Below, piece after piece: positions 27,225 through 36,284 of a stretch of DNA of 64,000 bases. The notes below the pieces were generated by a model, which was not told the DNA's origin, did not search any database, and was given only the letters and a program-made list of their open reading frames with translations. The stretch lies in assembly GCA_046349035.1 (NCBI GenBank), contig JAXMDC010000002.1, positions 237,093 through 301,092 on the forward strand, in the 5' to 3' direction. Position numbers and translations under genes: made by a program. How positions within the stretch are numbered: the stretch's first letter is position 1; each line of letters starts with the position of its first letter. This stretch comes from Bauldia sp. GTDB lineage: Bacteria; Pseudomonadota; Alphaproteobacteria; Rhizobiales; Kaistiaceae.

Positions 27225-27857
27225 GTGGGCGCCCCCGCCGCTCCTGCCGACGCTCCGCGGAGGGTGGCGGTGAGGCGCCCGGCGCGGGGCGGCCTGCCGC
27301 TGGTGCGCTCGCCGCGTCTCCTCACCGGCGTCGAGATCCAGCGCCTCGCCGACGACCTCGGCGAACTGAAGCGCCGCGTCGCCGGCCTCAGCGGCGAGGT
27401 CGGCAAGCTGCGCGATCGCCTCCGGCCGCCGCAGGGCGTAGAGGCGCTCCACGCCAAGGCGCGGCCGGCGATCGGCACCATCCAGCGGGTGGTGGCCGCC
27501 CATTACGGCATCGACCCGCTGGAGTTCGTGTCGCAGCGGCGGGGCCGGATGACGGCGATGGCGCGCCGCATCGCCATCTACCTGGCGCGGCACATGACCG
27601 TCGCCTCGCTGCCCGAGATCGGCCGCGCCTTCGGCGGCCGCGACCACTCGAGCGTCTTCCATGCCATCCGGCGCCTGGAGAGGCTGATGCTCGCCGACCC
27701 CGCGCTCGCCGTCGAGGTCTCCGAGCTTCGCCAAGCGGTGATCGCCAGGGCCGGCGACGCGGTCTATTTCTCCTCGGTCGGTAAAGGCGAGGCGCCGCTC
27801 CCGACGTCGGCGCCGAACGAGCCGACCGGAACGGCCGAGCCGGAGGCCGGGCGATGA
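27225..27857 (+). CDS. DnaA C-terminal (HTH) domain protein, a phage/GTA-associated stand-alone DnaA_C. The true start is probably the internal GTG at about 27272.
   Basis: VVAAHYGIDPLEFVSQRRGRMTAMARRIAIYLARHMTVASLPEIGRAFGGRDHSSVFHAIRRLERLM matches the DnaA domain IV DNA-binding fold. No AAA+ domain. Confidence 0.7.
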   Translation: MGAPAAPADAPRRVAVRRPARGGLPLVRSPRLLTGVEIQRLADDLGELKRRVAGLSGEVGKLRDRLRPPQGVEALHAKARPAIGTIQRVVAAHYGIDPLEFVSQRRGRMTAMARRIAIYLARHMTVASLPEIGRAFGGRDHSSVFHAIRRLERLMLADPALAVEVSELRQAVIARAGDAVYFSSVGKGEAPLPTSAPNEPTGTAEPEAGR

Positions 27858-29227
27858 CGGCTCTCCCCGTGCCGCCGACGCCGGCCTCGACCGACCTCCG
27901 CGACCTGCCGTTCATGCCGCTCGATGTCGGGCGTCTGCGCGACAGCGAACTCGCCGGCATCGCCAGCGCCGAGGCGTTCCGCGCCTGCGTCCTCTCCTGG
28001 TGCGTCGCCTGGCACCAGGTGCCGGCCGGCAGCCTCCCCGACGACGACGCGGTGCTGGCCCGCCTCCTCGGCTTCGGCCGCAACGTCAAAAGCTGGCGGC
28101 GGGTGCGCGCCGCCGGCGGCCTGCACGGCTGGTTCCGTTGCAGCGACGGCCGCCTCTATCACCCCATCGTCGCCGAGAAGGTCGCCTATGCCGAACGCCG
28201 CCGCGAGGCCGCGCGCGAGCGGACGCAAAGCGCCCGCGCCGTGGCGCTCGCCCGCCGCCGTCCGGGGGAGGGTGCCGTTCCCGCCGTTGCCGCCGCCCTG
28301 CCGCCGCAGGCCGCGCCGGCCTTCCCGCCGCTCCCGCCGGATGACCGCGCGGCTGCCGCCGCCGCGGCCCGCGCCGAGGTCGAGACCGTCGACGCCGCTT
28401 CGCCGCAACCCTCTGTGACAGACCTTGCGACAGAGCCCATAGGAAGAGAAGGAGAAGAAGAGAAGGAAGAGCCAAGCGCAACCGGCGAGCACCGCCCGCC
28501 CGTCGCCGGGGGCGACGGATCGGGCCCGCCGCTGGCGCCGGAACTGCTGCGCCGCGCTGCGCTGGTTTTGCCTTCGGCAGAGCTGCCCTCGGGCGATTGG
28601 CGGCCACCGGCTGCCGACCTCGCGCTCCTCCGCGCCCGCCTCCTCGCCGCCGCCGCACCGCCCGACGACTGGCCGCTCGCCGCTGCCGCCAGCCTCGCTC
28701 CGCTGCCGCAGCTTCTCGCCGAGGGCTGCGACCTCGGCCGCGACGTCCTGCCGACCGTCGCCGCCGTCGCCGACGCTGCCCGGAGCGCCGCTCCGCCGCG
28801 CACCATCGCCGCCTGGAGCTACTTCGCCCCGGCGATCCGCGAGGCCCATCGCGCCCGCCTCGCCGCCGGCGACTCCGCCGCGCCGGCTGCGCTCGCCGCC
28901 GAGGGCGGGGAGGGGGCCGCCGCCGCAGCGCCCCGCGTCTTCGTCCCGCTGAACGACCGCCGCTTCTCCGCCCTCCGCAAACGCTGGCGGACCGAGCGCC
29001 ATCGCGAGCCGCCGACCGTCGCCGGCAGGGGCGGCAGCGGCTGGTACTTCGATGCCAGTTGGCTGGAGGGCGAGGCCGCCGACGCTCTCCCGTCATCTGC
29101 TGGCGGCGGGGAAGGCGCTGCGGGGGGCGGTGCCAAGGAGCACCCCGTCGGTGAGGATGGACCCCGACCCGCCGAGCCGCCCGCAGCCGCCCCGCCGCCC
29201 GCCGGAGGCGCCGATGCCGCGCGCTAA
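27854..29227 (+). CDS. DUF1376 (YdaU-like) domain protein, an alphaproteobacterial prophage replication-associated protein.
   Basis: The N-terminus LPFMPLDVGRLRDSELAGIASAEAFRACVLSWCVAWHQVPAGSLPDDDAVLARLLGF...YHPIVAEKV is the DUF1376 signature. Long Ala/Pro-rich C-terminal tail. 4-nt overlap with the DnaA_C gene. Confidence 0.7.
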   Translation: MTALPVPPTPASTDLRDLPFMPLDVGRLRDSELAGIASAEAFRACVLSWCVAWHQVPAGSLPDDDAVLARLLGFGRNVKSWRRVRAAGGLHGWFRCSDGRLYHPIVAEKVAYAERRREAARERTQSARAVALARRRPGEGAVPAVAAALPPQAAPAFPPLPPDDRAAAAAAARAEVETVDAASPQPSVTDLATEPIGREGEEEKEEPSATGEHRPPVAGGDGSGPPLAPELLRRAALVLPSAELPSGDWRPPAADLALLRARLLAAAAPPDDWPLAAAASLAPLPQLLAEGCDLGRDVLPTVAAVADAARSAAPPRTIAAWSYFAPAIREAHRARLAAGDSAAPAALAAEGGEGAAAAAPRVFVPLNDRRFSALRKRWRTERHREPPTVAGRGGSGWYFDASWLEGEAADALPSSAGGGEGAAGGGAKEHPVGEDGPRPAEPPAAAPPPAGGADAAR

Positions 29228-29350
29228 GGCCCGCCGCACGGGATCGGCCAACGAGGCGGCGCGCCCGCCCGCCAGCTCGCCGAGCGCGAGAAGCGCGGGC
29301 TCGGCGCCTCGACGCCGGAGCGCCTCTGCCACTCCGGCGCGCCGCTCGCG

Positions 29351-29806
29351 GTGATCGCCGGCACGCGCACGCAGCGCATCTCCGTCGCCCCGCTCGACCG
29401 CCTGGCGGGGAAGCGCATCAAGGGCCGGCCGCTGCTGACGCGCCGGCAATACGAGGCGGGGGAGAGGCTGCGCGACGACGGCTACCTCGCCGGCTTCATG
29501 CGGAGCCCCGGCATGACGCTCGAAGTCATCGACCGCGGCTTCCAGGCGAACGGCCCGGCCTTCGCCGACAGCGAGCGCGCCGCCGCCGCGATGCGGCGCC
29601 TGCGCCGTGCCAAGGCGGCGCTCGGCCGCCCGCTGGCGGTGGTGCTGGAAGCGGTGATCTGGCCCGAAGACGACATCCACACGATGAGCGCCATCGGCAA
29701 GAAGCTCTTCAACCGCGCCGACGCCACCGCCGCCGAAGCCGCCGCGATCGAGGCCGTCAAGCTAGCGCTGGAAACGCTGGCCGACCACTACGAGGGGCGG
29801 GGGTGA
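29351..29806 (+). CDS. Hypothetical protein (prophage-module associated).
   Basis: 151 aa, balanced composition. Sits directly downstream of the DUF1376 gene. Confidence 0.45.
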   Translation: MIAGTRTQRISVAPLDRLAGKRIKGRPLLTRRQYEAGERLRDDGYLAGFMRSPGMTLEVIDRGFQANGPAFADSERAAAAMRRLRRAKAALGRPLAVVLEAVIWPEDDIHTMSAIGKKLFNRADATAAEAAAIEAVKLALETLADHYEGRG

Positions 29807-29813
29807 GGGGGGC

Positions 29814-30077
29814 CTAACCCCCCACCACGCCCGCGGCGAAATGCGCGCCGAGGTAATACGGCCAGAGGATGATGCCGACGACGCCGTCCCAGAACGTCAG
29901 CTTCAAGTAGCCGATGGTGAAGAGCCAGGCGGCGAACCAGAGGCCGCCGAGATTGGCGTGCTGCTCGATCTTGATGCGCTGGCCGCTCCGGAAGACCTGC
30001 GTCTTGCCGTTGGTGGTGACGGCGACTTCCTCGCCTTCGCCCTTGCGGGTGTTGATCTCGATCGTTGCCTGACCCAT
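29814..30077 (-). CDS. Small membrane protein; paralog of the 30283..30471 protein.
   Basis: 87 aa. LGGLWFAAWLFTIGYLKLTFWDGVVGIILWPYYLGAHFA aligns with LAGMVWFAAWLFSIGYLRLSFGQGILALLLWPYYLGRAFA. Confidence 0.5.
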   Translation of the reverse strand: MGQATIEINTRKGEGEEVAVTTNGKTQVFRSGQRIKIEQHANLGGLWFAAWLFTIGYLKLTFWDGVVGIILWPYYLGAHFAAGVVGG

Positions 30078-30282
30078 GGCATCGCCCTCCTGAAACTGCG
30101 GGCGCCGGCCGGCCCTTGGCCGTAACGGCCCCTAAGGCGCGGCGCTTTGCGGCGCCGCTGTGCTGGACTGGGGCGGTTATCTCGCCCCGCCGCGCCAAAC
30201 CGGCTCGACCTTACGATTCACATGGGGCGCCTCGGCCGCCCCGACAACTCCGTAGCCTGCCGGAGCGCCGGTGCCGGCGGCC

Positions 30283-30471
30283 TCAGGGCGCGCCGCGGAG
30301 CCGCCCGGCAAACGCCCGGCCGAGATAGTAGGGCCACAGCAGCAGCGCCAGGATGCCTTGACCGAACGAGAGGCGGAGATAGCCGATCGAGAACAGCCAG
30401 GCGGCGAACCAGACCATCCCGGCGAGATTGCTGGCGGTGTTGACGACGAGGGCAAAGCCTTCCTGCGGCAT
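30283..30471 (-). CDS. Small membrane protein (62 aa); paralog of the 29814..30077 protein.
   Basis: Start at the internal MPQEGFALVVNTASNLAGMVWFAAWLF.... The upstream part of the ORF is Arg/Pro junk. Confidence 0.45.
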   Translation of the reverse strand: MPQEGFALVVNTASNLAGMVWFAAWLFSIGYLRLSFGQGILALLLWPYYLGRAFAGRLRGAP

Positions 30472-31216
30472 GGTGCAACCCTCCGGGCCGCCTCCGCGCG
30501 GCCCCGTTGGAACTCGGCCTCCCCGAGAATGGCGCCCCTTATCGGCGTCCGTTTGGCGCCGGCCGCCTGACGGCGACGCCGAAGCAGCGCTGGGGCAAGG
30601 CCGGGCGGGACGGGACGGCCCAGGCAGACCGTCGATCCGTTCCCGCGGCGGCCCAGCCCCGCGTGCGTCGTTCAGCTCCCGGCCGGACAAGAGGCCCGAC
30701 CCTCAAAACCGCTTCCTCACCAGCGGCAACTCGGCTCGGCCGCCGCCACGCAGCCGCCGAAGGAGCCCCGCGCGGGGGAGCGGAAGCGGGCCGCACCCCC
30801 GTCGCCCGTCCGCCAGCACACGGCGCCTCCCGAGGGGAGGCCCGCCCGGCGGCGGGTTGTGGCGGACGGAGAAGGGCTCGTTGGCGACGATAGCTACCCT
30901 TCTCCGACCGCATGTCGAGGCCAAGGCCCCGACCCACGTGCCGATCCCACCGCCATTATGGCTGCCGGGAGAGAGCCCGCCCCTCACGCCGGCGCTGGTA
31001 GCCGGATCAGCGTTTGCACCATGCCTCGGCACTGCCGCCGCGGCCTTGATCCAAAGCAAGGCACGGGGGGTGTGCACGGCTCGCCGGCGGCCCGTCAGGG
31101 CGCAGCCGGCCGCCGCCGCGGAGCAGGCGAGGCGAGGCCCGGCGCCCGCGCGCTTTTCCCGCTTTTTTCCCGCCGCCTTCTATATGCTGCCGGCAAGCCC
31201 TATATCCGGAACCCCT

Positions 31217-32785
31217 ATGCCCACCGACGAAGACGACGACAGCGGCAAGCCCGGCGGCACCCCGCCGGAAGGCTCCGGCCCGCCGAAAGGCCCGCGCAAG
31301 AACCGCGCTTCCGGCGGCGGGAGCGGCAAGGACGAGGGTTCCCCGCGCCCGCCCGCCGCGCGCGGCACGCCTTCGCGCGAGGAGGAAGACGAAAGCCCCT
31401 GGTCGAGCGGACCCTGGGGCGAAGGGCCACGCGAGCGCGGCCGCGGCAAGGGGCCGTTCGGCGGCGGCCCGTTCGGCAGCAACGGTCCCTTCGGCGGCAA
31501 CGGTCCCTTCGGCAATGGCGGCTTCGGCAGCGGTCCCAGGCGGAACCGCCCCGGCGGCGAGCGCCCGGCGGCCGACTTTACCGCGGCCCTCAGGGATGCC
31601 GGTGCCCGCCTCGGCGAGGCGCTCCGCGGCGGCCGGTTCGGCGGCCCCGGCGGGCGTTCGCCGCGTGGCGCGCGGATTGCCGTCAGCGCCGCGGCGCTGG
31701 TCCTGCTCGGCCTCTTCCTGTTCAGCCGCTTCACTTTCGCCGTCGGCCCCGACGAGGCCGGCGTGGTGCTCCGCTTCGGCGGCCTCAATCGCGAGGTCGG
31801 CTCCGGGCTGCACCTGCGCTGGCCGTACCCGATCGAGGATGTGCGGCTGCCCAAGGTGACGCGCATCTATCGCATCGCCGTCGGCTTCGCCGCCAACGAT
31901 CGCAACCCGACCGGCGGCGCCGACGTGCCGCGCGAGAGCCTGATGCTGACGGGCGATGAGAACATCGTCGACCTCGACTTCACCGTGTTCTGGTCGGTGC
32001 GCGACGCCAAGTCCTATCTCTTCGCCATCGAGGACGCCGAGGGAACGGTGAAGGCGGTTGCCGAAAGCGCGATGCGCGAGGCAGTCGGCAAGGCGCAGAT
32101 CCTGACCCTCCTCACCGGCGCGCGGAGCGAGATCGAGGTGAGCGCCAAGAGCATCCTGCAGGCGACCCTCGACCGTTACGGTGCCGGCATCGACATCCGC
32201 GACGTGCAACTCCTGAAAGTCGATCCGCCGGCGCCGGTCATCGCCGCCTTCCGCGACGTCCAGGCGGCGCAGGCCGACAACGCCCGCTCGGTCAACGTCG
32301 CCGCCGCCTATCTCAACCGCGTCGTCCCGGCGGCGCGCGGCCAGGCGGCGACCATCCTTGCCGGCGCCAACGCCTATCGCGACCGCATCGTCGCCGAGGC
32401 CACCGGCCAGGCCGACCGCTTCGCCAAGATCGAGGCCGCCTATCGCCTGGCGCCGGATGTCACGCGCATGCGCATCTATCTGGAGACGCTGGAAGCGCTT
32501 TTCGCCGGCATGCAGAAGGTTGTCGTCGACGCCCCCGGCCGCCTGGGGAGCTTCATCCCGTTCCTTGGCCTCGGCGATCTGCCGAACAGCCAGCCGCCGG
32601 CCGCCGGCGTCAGCGCGCCCGCCTCGGCGGCCCCGGCCGCTCCCACCGTCGGCGCCGCCGCTCCGGCGCAGCGCCCGCCGAATTTCGTCGCCGCCCCCGA
32701 CAACACCGCCCCCCGCCAGGCCGCGCCCCCCGCCGCCGCCCAGCGCCCGGCGCAGAACACCGGCCAGCGCCTCCTCGGGCGCTGA
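31217..32785 (+). CDS. hflK: HflK-like SPFH/band-7 membrane protein (FtsH modulator family).
   Basis: Gly-rich N-terminus (GPFGGGPFGSNGPFGGNGPFGNGGFGSGP), then a TM segment, then an SPFH domain with the typical HflK motifs (LHLRWPYPIEDV...VTRIY, ...MLTGDENIVDLDFTVFW...). Pro/Ala-rich C-terminal tail. No hflC follows. Confidence 0.8.
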   Translation: MPTDEDDDSGKPGGTPPEGSGPPKGPRKNRASGGGSGKDEGSPRPPAARGTPSREEEDESPWSSGPWGEGPRERGRGKGPFGGGPFGSNGPFGGNGPFGNGGFGSGPRRNRPGGERPAADFTAALRDAGARLGEALRGGRFGGPGGRSPRGARIAVSAAALVLLGLFLFSRFTFAVGPDEAGVVLRFGGLNREVGSGLHLRWPYPIEDVRLPKVTRIYRIAVGFAANDRNPTGGADVPRESLMLTGDENIVDLDFTVFWSVRDAKSYLFAIEDAEGTVKAVAESAMREAVGKAQILTLLTGARSEIEVSAKSILQATLDRYGAGIDIRDVQLLKVDPPAPVIAAFRDVQAAQADNARSVNVAAAYLNRVVPAARGQAATILAGANAYRDRIVAEATGQADRFAKIEAAYRLAPDVTRMRIYLETLEALFAGMQKVVVDAPGRLGSFIPFLGLGDLPNSQPPAAGVSAPASAAPAAPTVGAAAPAQRPPNFVAAPDNTAPRQAAPPAAAQRPAQNTGQRLLGR

Positions 32786-32942
32786 GCGCAGGCGCGGCGG
32801 CTTCCCTGCGGCCCTTCTGCCACAGTGATTCGGAAACGCACGTTTGACGGACGATTCGCCCTGTAGCCGCCGACCGTGAGGTGTAAATCTTAACGCAGCA
32901 GAGTGCCGACCCGGCGAGCGCGAGCCGGGAAGGGGGGTAACA

Positions 32943-33605
32943 ATGTTGCGTCGATTGTTTATGTCCGCCGCCGGCATGCTGGCCTTGACCGTGGCGGCCA
33001 GCGCCGCCGACCGGGTGACGGTGCGGCCCGCACCACCTCTGCCGGCGCCTTTCAGCTGGGCCGGCATCTACACCGGTGCCGAAGTCGGCTACGGCTGGGG
33101 CAAGGCGACCTTCGTCACCAGCGGTTTTGAGTTCGGCAATCCCGACCTGACCGGTTTCCTCGGCGGCGTTTATGTCGGCGGCAACTTTGCCGCCACCGGG
33201 CTGGCCGTGGTCGGCGTTGAGCTGAACGCCGACTTCGCCAACCTCTCCGGGCACTTCTCCGACATCAACACCGGCGACGCCGAACAGCAGTGGGAGAGCG
33301 CGCTCCGCCTCCGCCTCGGCATCCCGGTCGGCAATGCGCTTCTTTACGGGGCCGTGGGCGTGGTGGTCGGTGGCTTCGAGTACCACGCCAACGGCGGTGG
33401 CGTCGCTGTTTTCGGCTACCATCGCTATGCCGCCGGCGGCACGGTCGGGGCCGGCGTCGAATACGCGCTCGACAGCCACCTGATCAGCCGCATCGAGGTT
33501 CGCTACAACGACTTCCTCGACATTCACGGCGCGTTGCCGGGCTTCGTTCTTCATAACGATGCCTGGACGGCGCAGGTGCGCGGCGGCGTCGCATACAAAT
33601 ATTGA
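32943..33605 (+). CDS. Outer-membrane beta-barrel protein (Omp25/Omp31/RopB-like family).
   Basis: 220 aa. Signal peptide, WAGIYTGAEVGYGWGKA start, ...VEYALDSHLISRIEVRY..., and C-terminal GGVAYKY ending with an aromatic residue. Confidence 0.8.
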   Translation: MLRRLFMSAAGMLALTVAASAADRVTVRPAPPLPAPFSWAGIYTGAEVGYGWGKATFVTSGFEFGNPDLTGFLGGVYVGGNFAATGLAVVGVELNADFANLSGHFSDINTGDAEQQWESALRLRLGIPVGNALLYGAVGVVVGGFEYHANGGGVAVFGYHRYAAGGTVGAGVEYALDSHLISRIEVRYNDFLDIHGALPGFVLHNDAWTAQVRGGVAYKY

Positions 33606-33660
33606 CAGGTCATCGGCTGGCGCCCCGGCGCCGTCCAGAGTTAGTGGGGGAGTTAGGGCC

Positions 33661-35289
33661 GTGACAACCAAGATTAGCCGTTCAGCGCTCGCCGGAGCTT
33701 CGTTGCTCGCGCTGGCCGGAGCGGCCGGGGAGGCAAATGCACAGGCCCGCGCTCTCGGCAACTGGAGCGGCGCCTATCTCGGCGCCGAAATCGGCGGCCA
33801 GTGGGGCACCACCACCTTCAGCGATCCGTTCGGTCCGTCGATCTTCGGCGACGACGTCCGCACGCCGGGCTTCCTGCTCGGCCTCGTCGGTGGCTACAAC
33901 TGGCAGGCACCCGGCTCCGCCATGGTGCTCGGCATCGAGGGCACGATTGATGCTCTCGACTCCAACGGGCAGAACACCTGCTTTGCCTATTCGCCGACGT
34001 ACTTCTCCGCGAACTGCGAAGTCCGGCCTCGGGCGTCAGCGACGTTGACGGGACGCCTCGGCCTGGCCACTGGTCCGGTCCTTCTCTACGCCAAGGGCGG
34101 TCTCGCCTGGATCGACGACGACATCACCATCACCACCAATGGTGTGTTCGGCGTGCCGGGCGGCCCAGTGAAGGTCCATGCAACCCCGTTCGGCTGGACG
34201 GTCGGTTTCGGTGCCGAATACGCGCTGAACAACGCGCTTTCCGTGAAGGTCGAATACGACTACCTCGCCTTCACCGGCGTCGGCGTGTCGTCCTCCCTCA
34301 GCTCCAACAACTTCGACACCCTCAACGTGCCCCGCACACCGGCCGATGCCGACCAGAACGTCAGCCAAGTCAAGCTCGGCCTGAACTACAGTCTCGGCGG
34401 CCAACTGCCGGCGGCCCCGCTGCCGCCCTTCGTGGTGCCGCCCGGCGCCGTCGGCTGGACCGCGACCATCGGCGCCCGCTACGTCTACGATACCGGCTCC
34501 TTCCAGAAGGGGCTCTACCCGCCGAGTCAAATCTCGCAGCTGACCTACGACGACATCCGCGTCCACAACGGCGAGATCATCGCCCGGGTCGACACCCCGC
34601 AGGGCATCTTCGCCAAGGGCGCCATCGGCTGGGGCAGGACCGCCGGCGGCAACATGACCGACGAGGACTGGATACTCTCCGGTAACATTGGCTACTCCAA
34701 CACCAACTCGGCCAAGGTCGACGGCAATTCGATCTACGGCCACATCGACCTCGGCTACAACCTCATCGACCGGCCGGACGCTCGGTTCGGTTTCTTCGCC
34801 GGCTACAGCCATCTGCGCGAAGAGATGAACCCCTTCGGCTGTGCGCAACGCGCTTCGACGGTCGGCGGCATCTGCGTGCCCACCATCCCGACGTCCGTTC
34901 TCCTCATCACCGAGACCGACACCTGGCAGTCCGTGCGGGTCGGCGCCAACGCCAAGTTCGCGCTCGGCAACCGCTTTAACCTGGAAGCCGACGCCGCGTA
35001 CCTCCCTTATGTCCACTTCAACGGCGTCGACCACCACTGGCTGCGCGACCCGTATCCGCTGAACTTCCTGCAGACGGGGGAAGGAACGGGCACGGAGATC
35101 GAGGCGGTGCTGTCCTACGACGTGACCAACGCTCTCAGCCTTGGCCTCGGCGGCAAGTACTCGGCGCTGTGGACAAAGGACGGGTCTTACACGGCACCAC
35201 AGCTCGGCTTCGGGCCGGCTCCGGCGGTCGCCCACACCGACAATTGGGGCGCCTTCGTCCAGGCGACCTACAAGGTCGGCGGCCCGTAG
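33661..35289 (+). CDS. Large outer-membrane beta-barrel/porin-family protein. GTG start.
   Basis: Signal peptide (AGASLLALAGAAGEANA), Omp25-like first strands (WSGAYLGAEIGGQWG), a long Gly/Tyr/Asn-rich barrel, and a C-terminal aromatic. Confidence 0.7.
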   Translation: MTTKISRSALAGASLLALAGAAGEANAQARALGNWSGAYLGAEIGGQWGTTTFSDPFGPSIFGDDVRTPGFLLGLVGGYNWQAPGSAMVLGIEGTIDALDSNGQNTCFAYSPTYFSANCEVRPRASATLTGRLGLATGPVLLYAKGGLAWIDDDITITTNGVFGVPGGPVKVHATPFGWTVGFGAEYALNNALSVKVEYDYLAFTGVGVSSSLSSNNFDTLNVPRTPADADQNVSQVKLGLNYSLGGQLPAAPLPPFVVPPGAVGWTATIGARYVYDTGSFQKGLYPPSQISQLTYDDIRVHNGEIIARVDTPQGIFAKGAIGWGRTAGGNMTDEDWILSGNIGYSNTNSAKVDGNSIYGHIDLGYNLIDRPDARFGFFAGYSHLREEMNPFGCAQRASTVGGICVPTIPTSVLLITETDTWQSVRVGANAKFALGNRFNLEADAAYLPYVHFNGVDHHWLRDPYPLNFLQTGEGTGTEIEAVLSYDVTNALSLGLGGKYSALWTKDGSYTAPQLGFGPAPAVAHTDNWGAFVQATYKVGGP

Positions 35290-35313
35290 CGGCTCGCATC
35301 CGCGCGGAATAGG

Positions 35314-35342
35314 AAACGCCGGCCTACTGGCCGGCGTTTTCG
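35314..35342. terminator. Rho-independent terminator (bidirectional) between the convergent porin and BA14K genes.
   Basis: AAACGCCGGCC-tact-GGCCGGCGTTTT: a 10-bp stem flanked by A-run and T-run. Confidence 0.6.
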
Positions 35343-35368
35343 CTTGGGCAGCGTTCCGTACTTTCTTC

Positions 35369-35695
35369 TCAGCGCCGCGGCAGCGGTGGCGAGACGCAGC
35401 GATGGCGCCGTCCGTCGGCGCCGAAATAACTGTCGCTCGCCGCGTCGTAGTTCCAATAGGTCGCCGCGCACCAGGCGCGGTGATAGGCAGGATAGTCCGA
35501 GGGTGGTTGCGGCGGCGGGGTCGCCGGCCATCCCTTTTCGTAGGGACTGACAAACCAAGGGGGAAAGTCGCCGCCGCCCACGACTGCGGCTGCGGCGGGA
35601 ACAGCGCCGACCGGCCCGAGTAGGGCCGCCATCGCCACCGCTCGCGCAGCGGCCAAGTGCGGGACGGCACGACGTTTGGCAAACAGTCTGATCAT
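35369..35695 (-). CDS. BA14K-family secreted protein.
   Basis: Signal peptide, then the C-terminal AWCAATYWNYDAASDSYFGADGRRHRC, characteristic of the BA14K family. Confidence 0.6.
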   Translation of the reverse strand: MIRLFAKRRAVPHLAAARAVAMAALLGPVGAVPAAAAVVGGGDFPPWFVSPYEKGWPATPPPQPPSDYPAYHRAWCAATYWNYDAASDSYFGADGRRHRCVSPPLPRR

Positions 35696-35797
35696 TTCAC
35701 CTAAAGCTAAGTGCGCGGCAGGTCGCAATCAACGCCCCCCTGCGGGCGCGAAAGATAAAGGGCGCCCCGATGGGGGCGCCCGGTCGCGGCTGGTGCT

Positions 35798-36064
35798 TTA
35801 GCGGCGGTTGTCGGCGGCGATGCCGGCCTGCACTTCGGCGATGGCGTTGCGCGTGGCGGCGATCGCCTTGACGCGGTGGCCGGCCTTGTCGGCGGTGGCG
35901 AGCTGAAGGTCGGCGAGCGCCTTGTTGAGGTTGCCGAGCGCCGACGCCATCATCGGCTGCGGTTCGGCTGCCGCCGGTGTCGCCGCAAGCGCCGCGGCCC
36001 CCGCAACGATTCCCCCTGCCATCGCCAGCGCCGCCTCGCGGCGGTTGAGCACGTCCTTGGTCAT
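35798..36064 (-). CDS. Small periplasmic protein (Tat-like signal), hypothetical.
   Basis: MTKDVLNRREAALAMAGGIVAGAAALAATPAAA, then a helical Ala-rich domain. Confidence 0.45.
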   Translation of the reverse strand: MTKDVLNRREAALAMAGGIVAGAAALAATPAAAEPQPMMASALGNLNKALADLQLATADKAGHRVKAIAATRNAIAEVQAGIAADNRR

Positions 36065-36284
36065 TCTAGTCCTCGTGATTGAGACATGACGAAATCGGCG
36101 CCACGCCACCCGGTTCCCCCTGACGGCTCGCCGCGGCACTGTTCTTAGCTCGCGCCGCGCGGAGCGCCAAGGCAGCATGGGTTGTGCGGCAACGGCGCAG
36201 CGGCGGCCGTGGCGGAGTGCGCACTCCGCTTGCGAAGCGGGGGAGGGAATTGCGATCCGTCCCGCGAGGGGGCGGATCGCCGGC

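Noticed and set aside
25968-27734. 588-aa minus-strand ORF and the 414-aa ORF 26237..27481.
   Set aside because: Extremely Arg/Gly-rich and overlapping the DnaA_C-domain gene on the other strand. Only the C-terminal ~175 aa of the 26237 ORF were retained, as a low-confidence CDS.
31007-33067. 686-aa minus-strand ORF antisense to hflK, plus the 366-aa plus-strand ORF 30859..31959.
   Set aside because: Antisense or alternate-frame products of the well-supported HflK gene. Compositions dominated by R/G/A/P.
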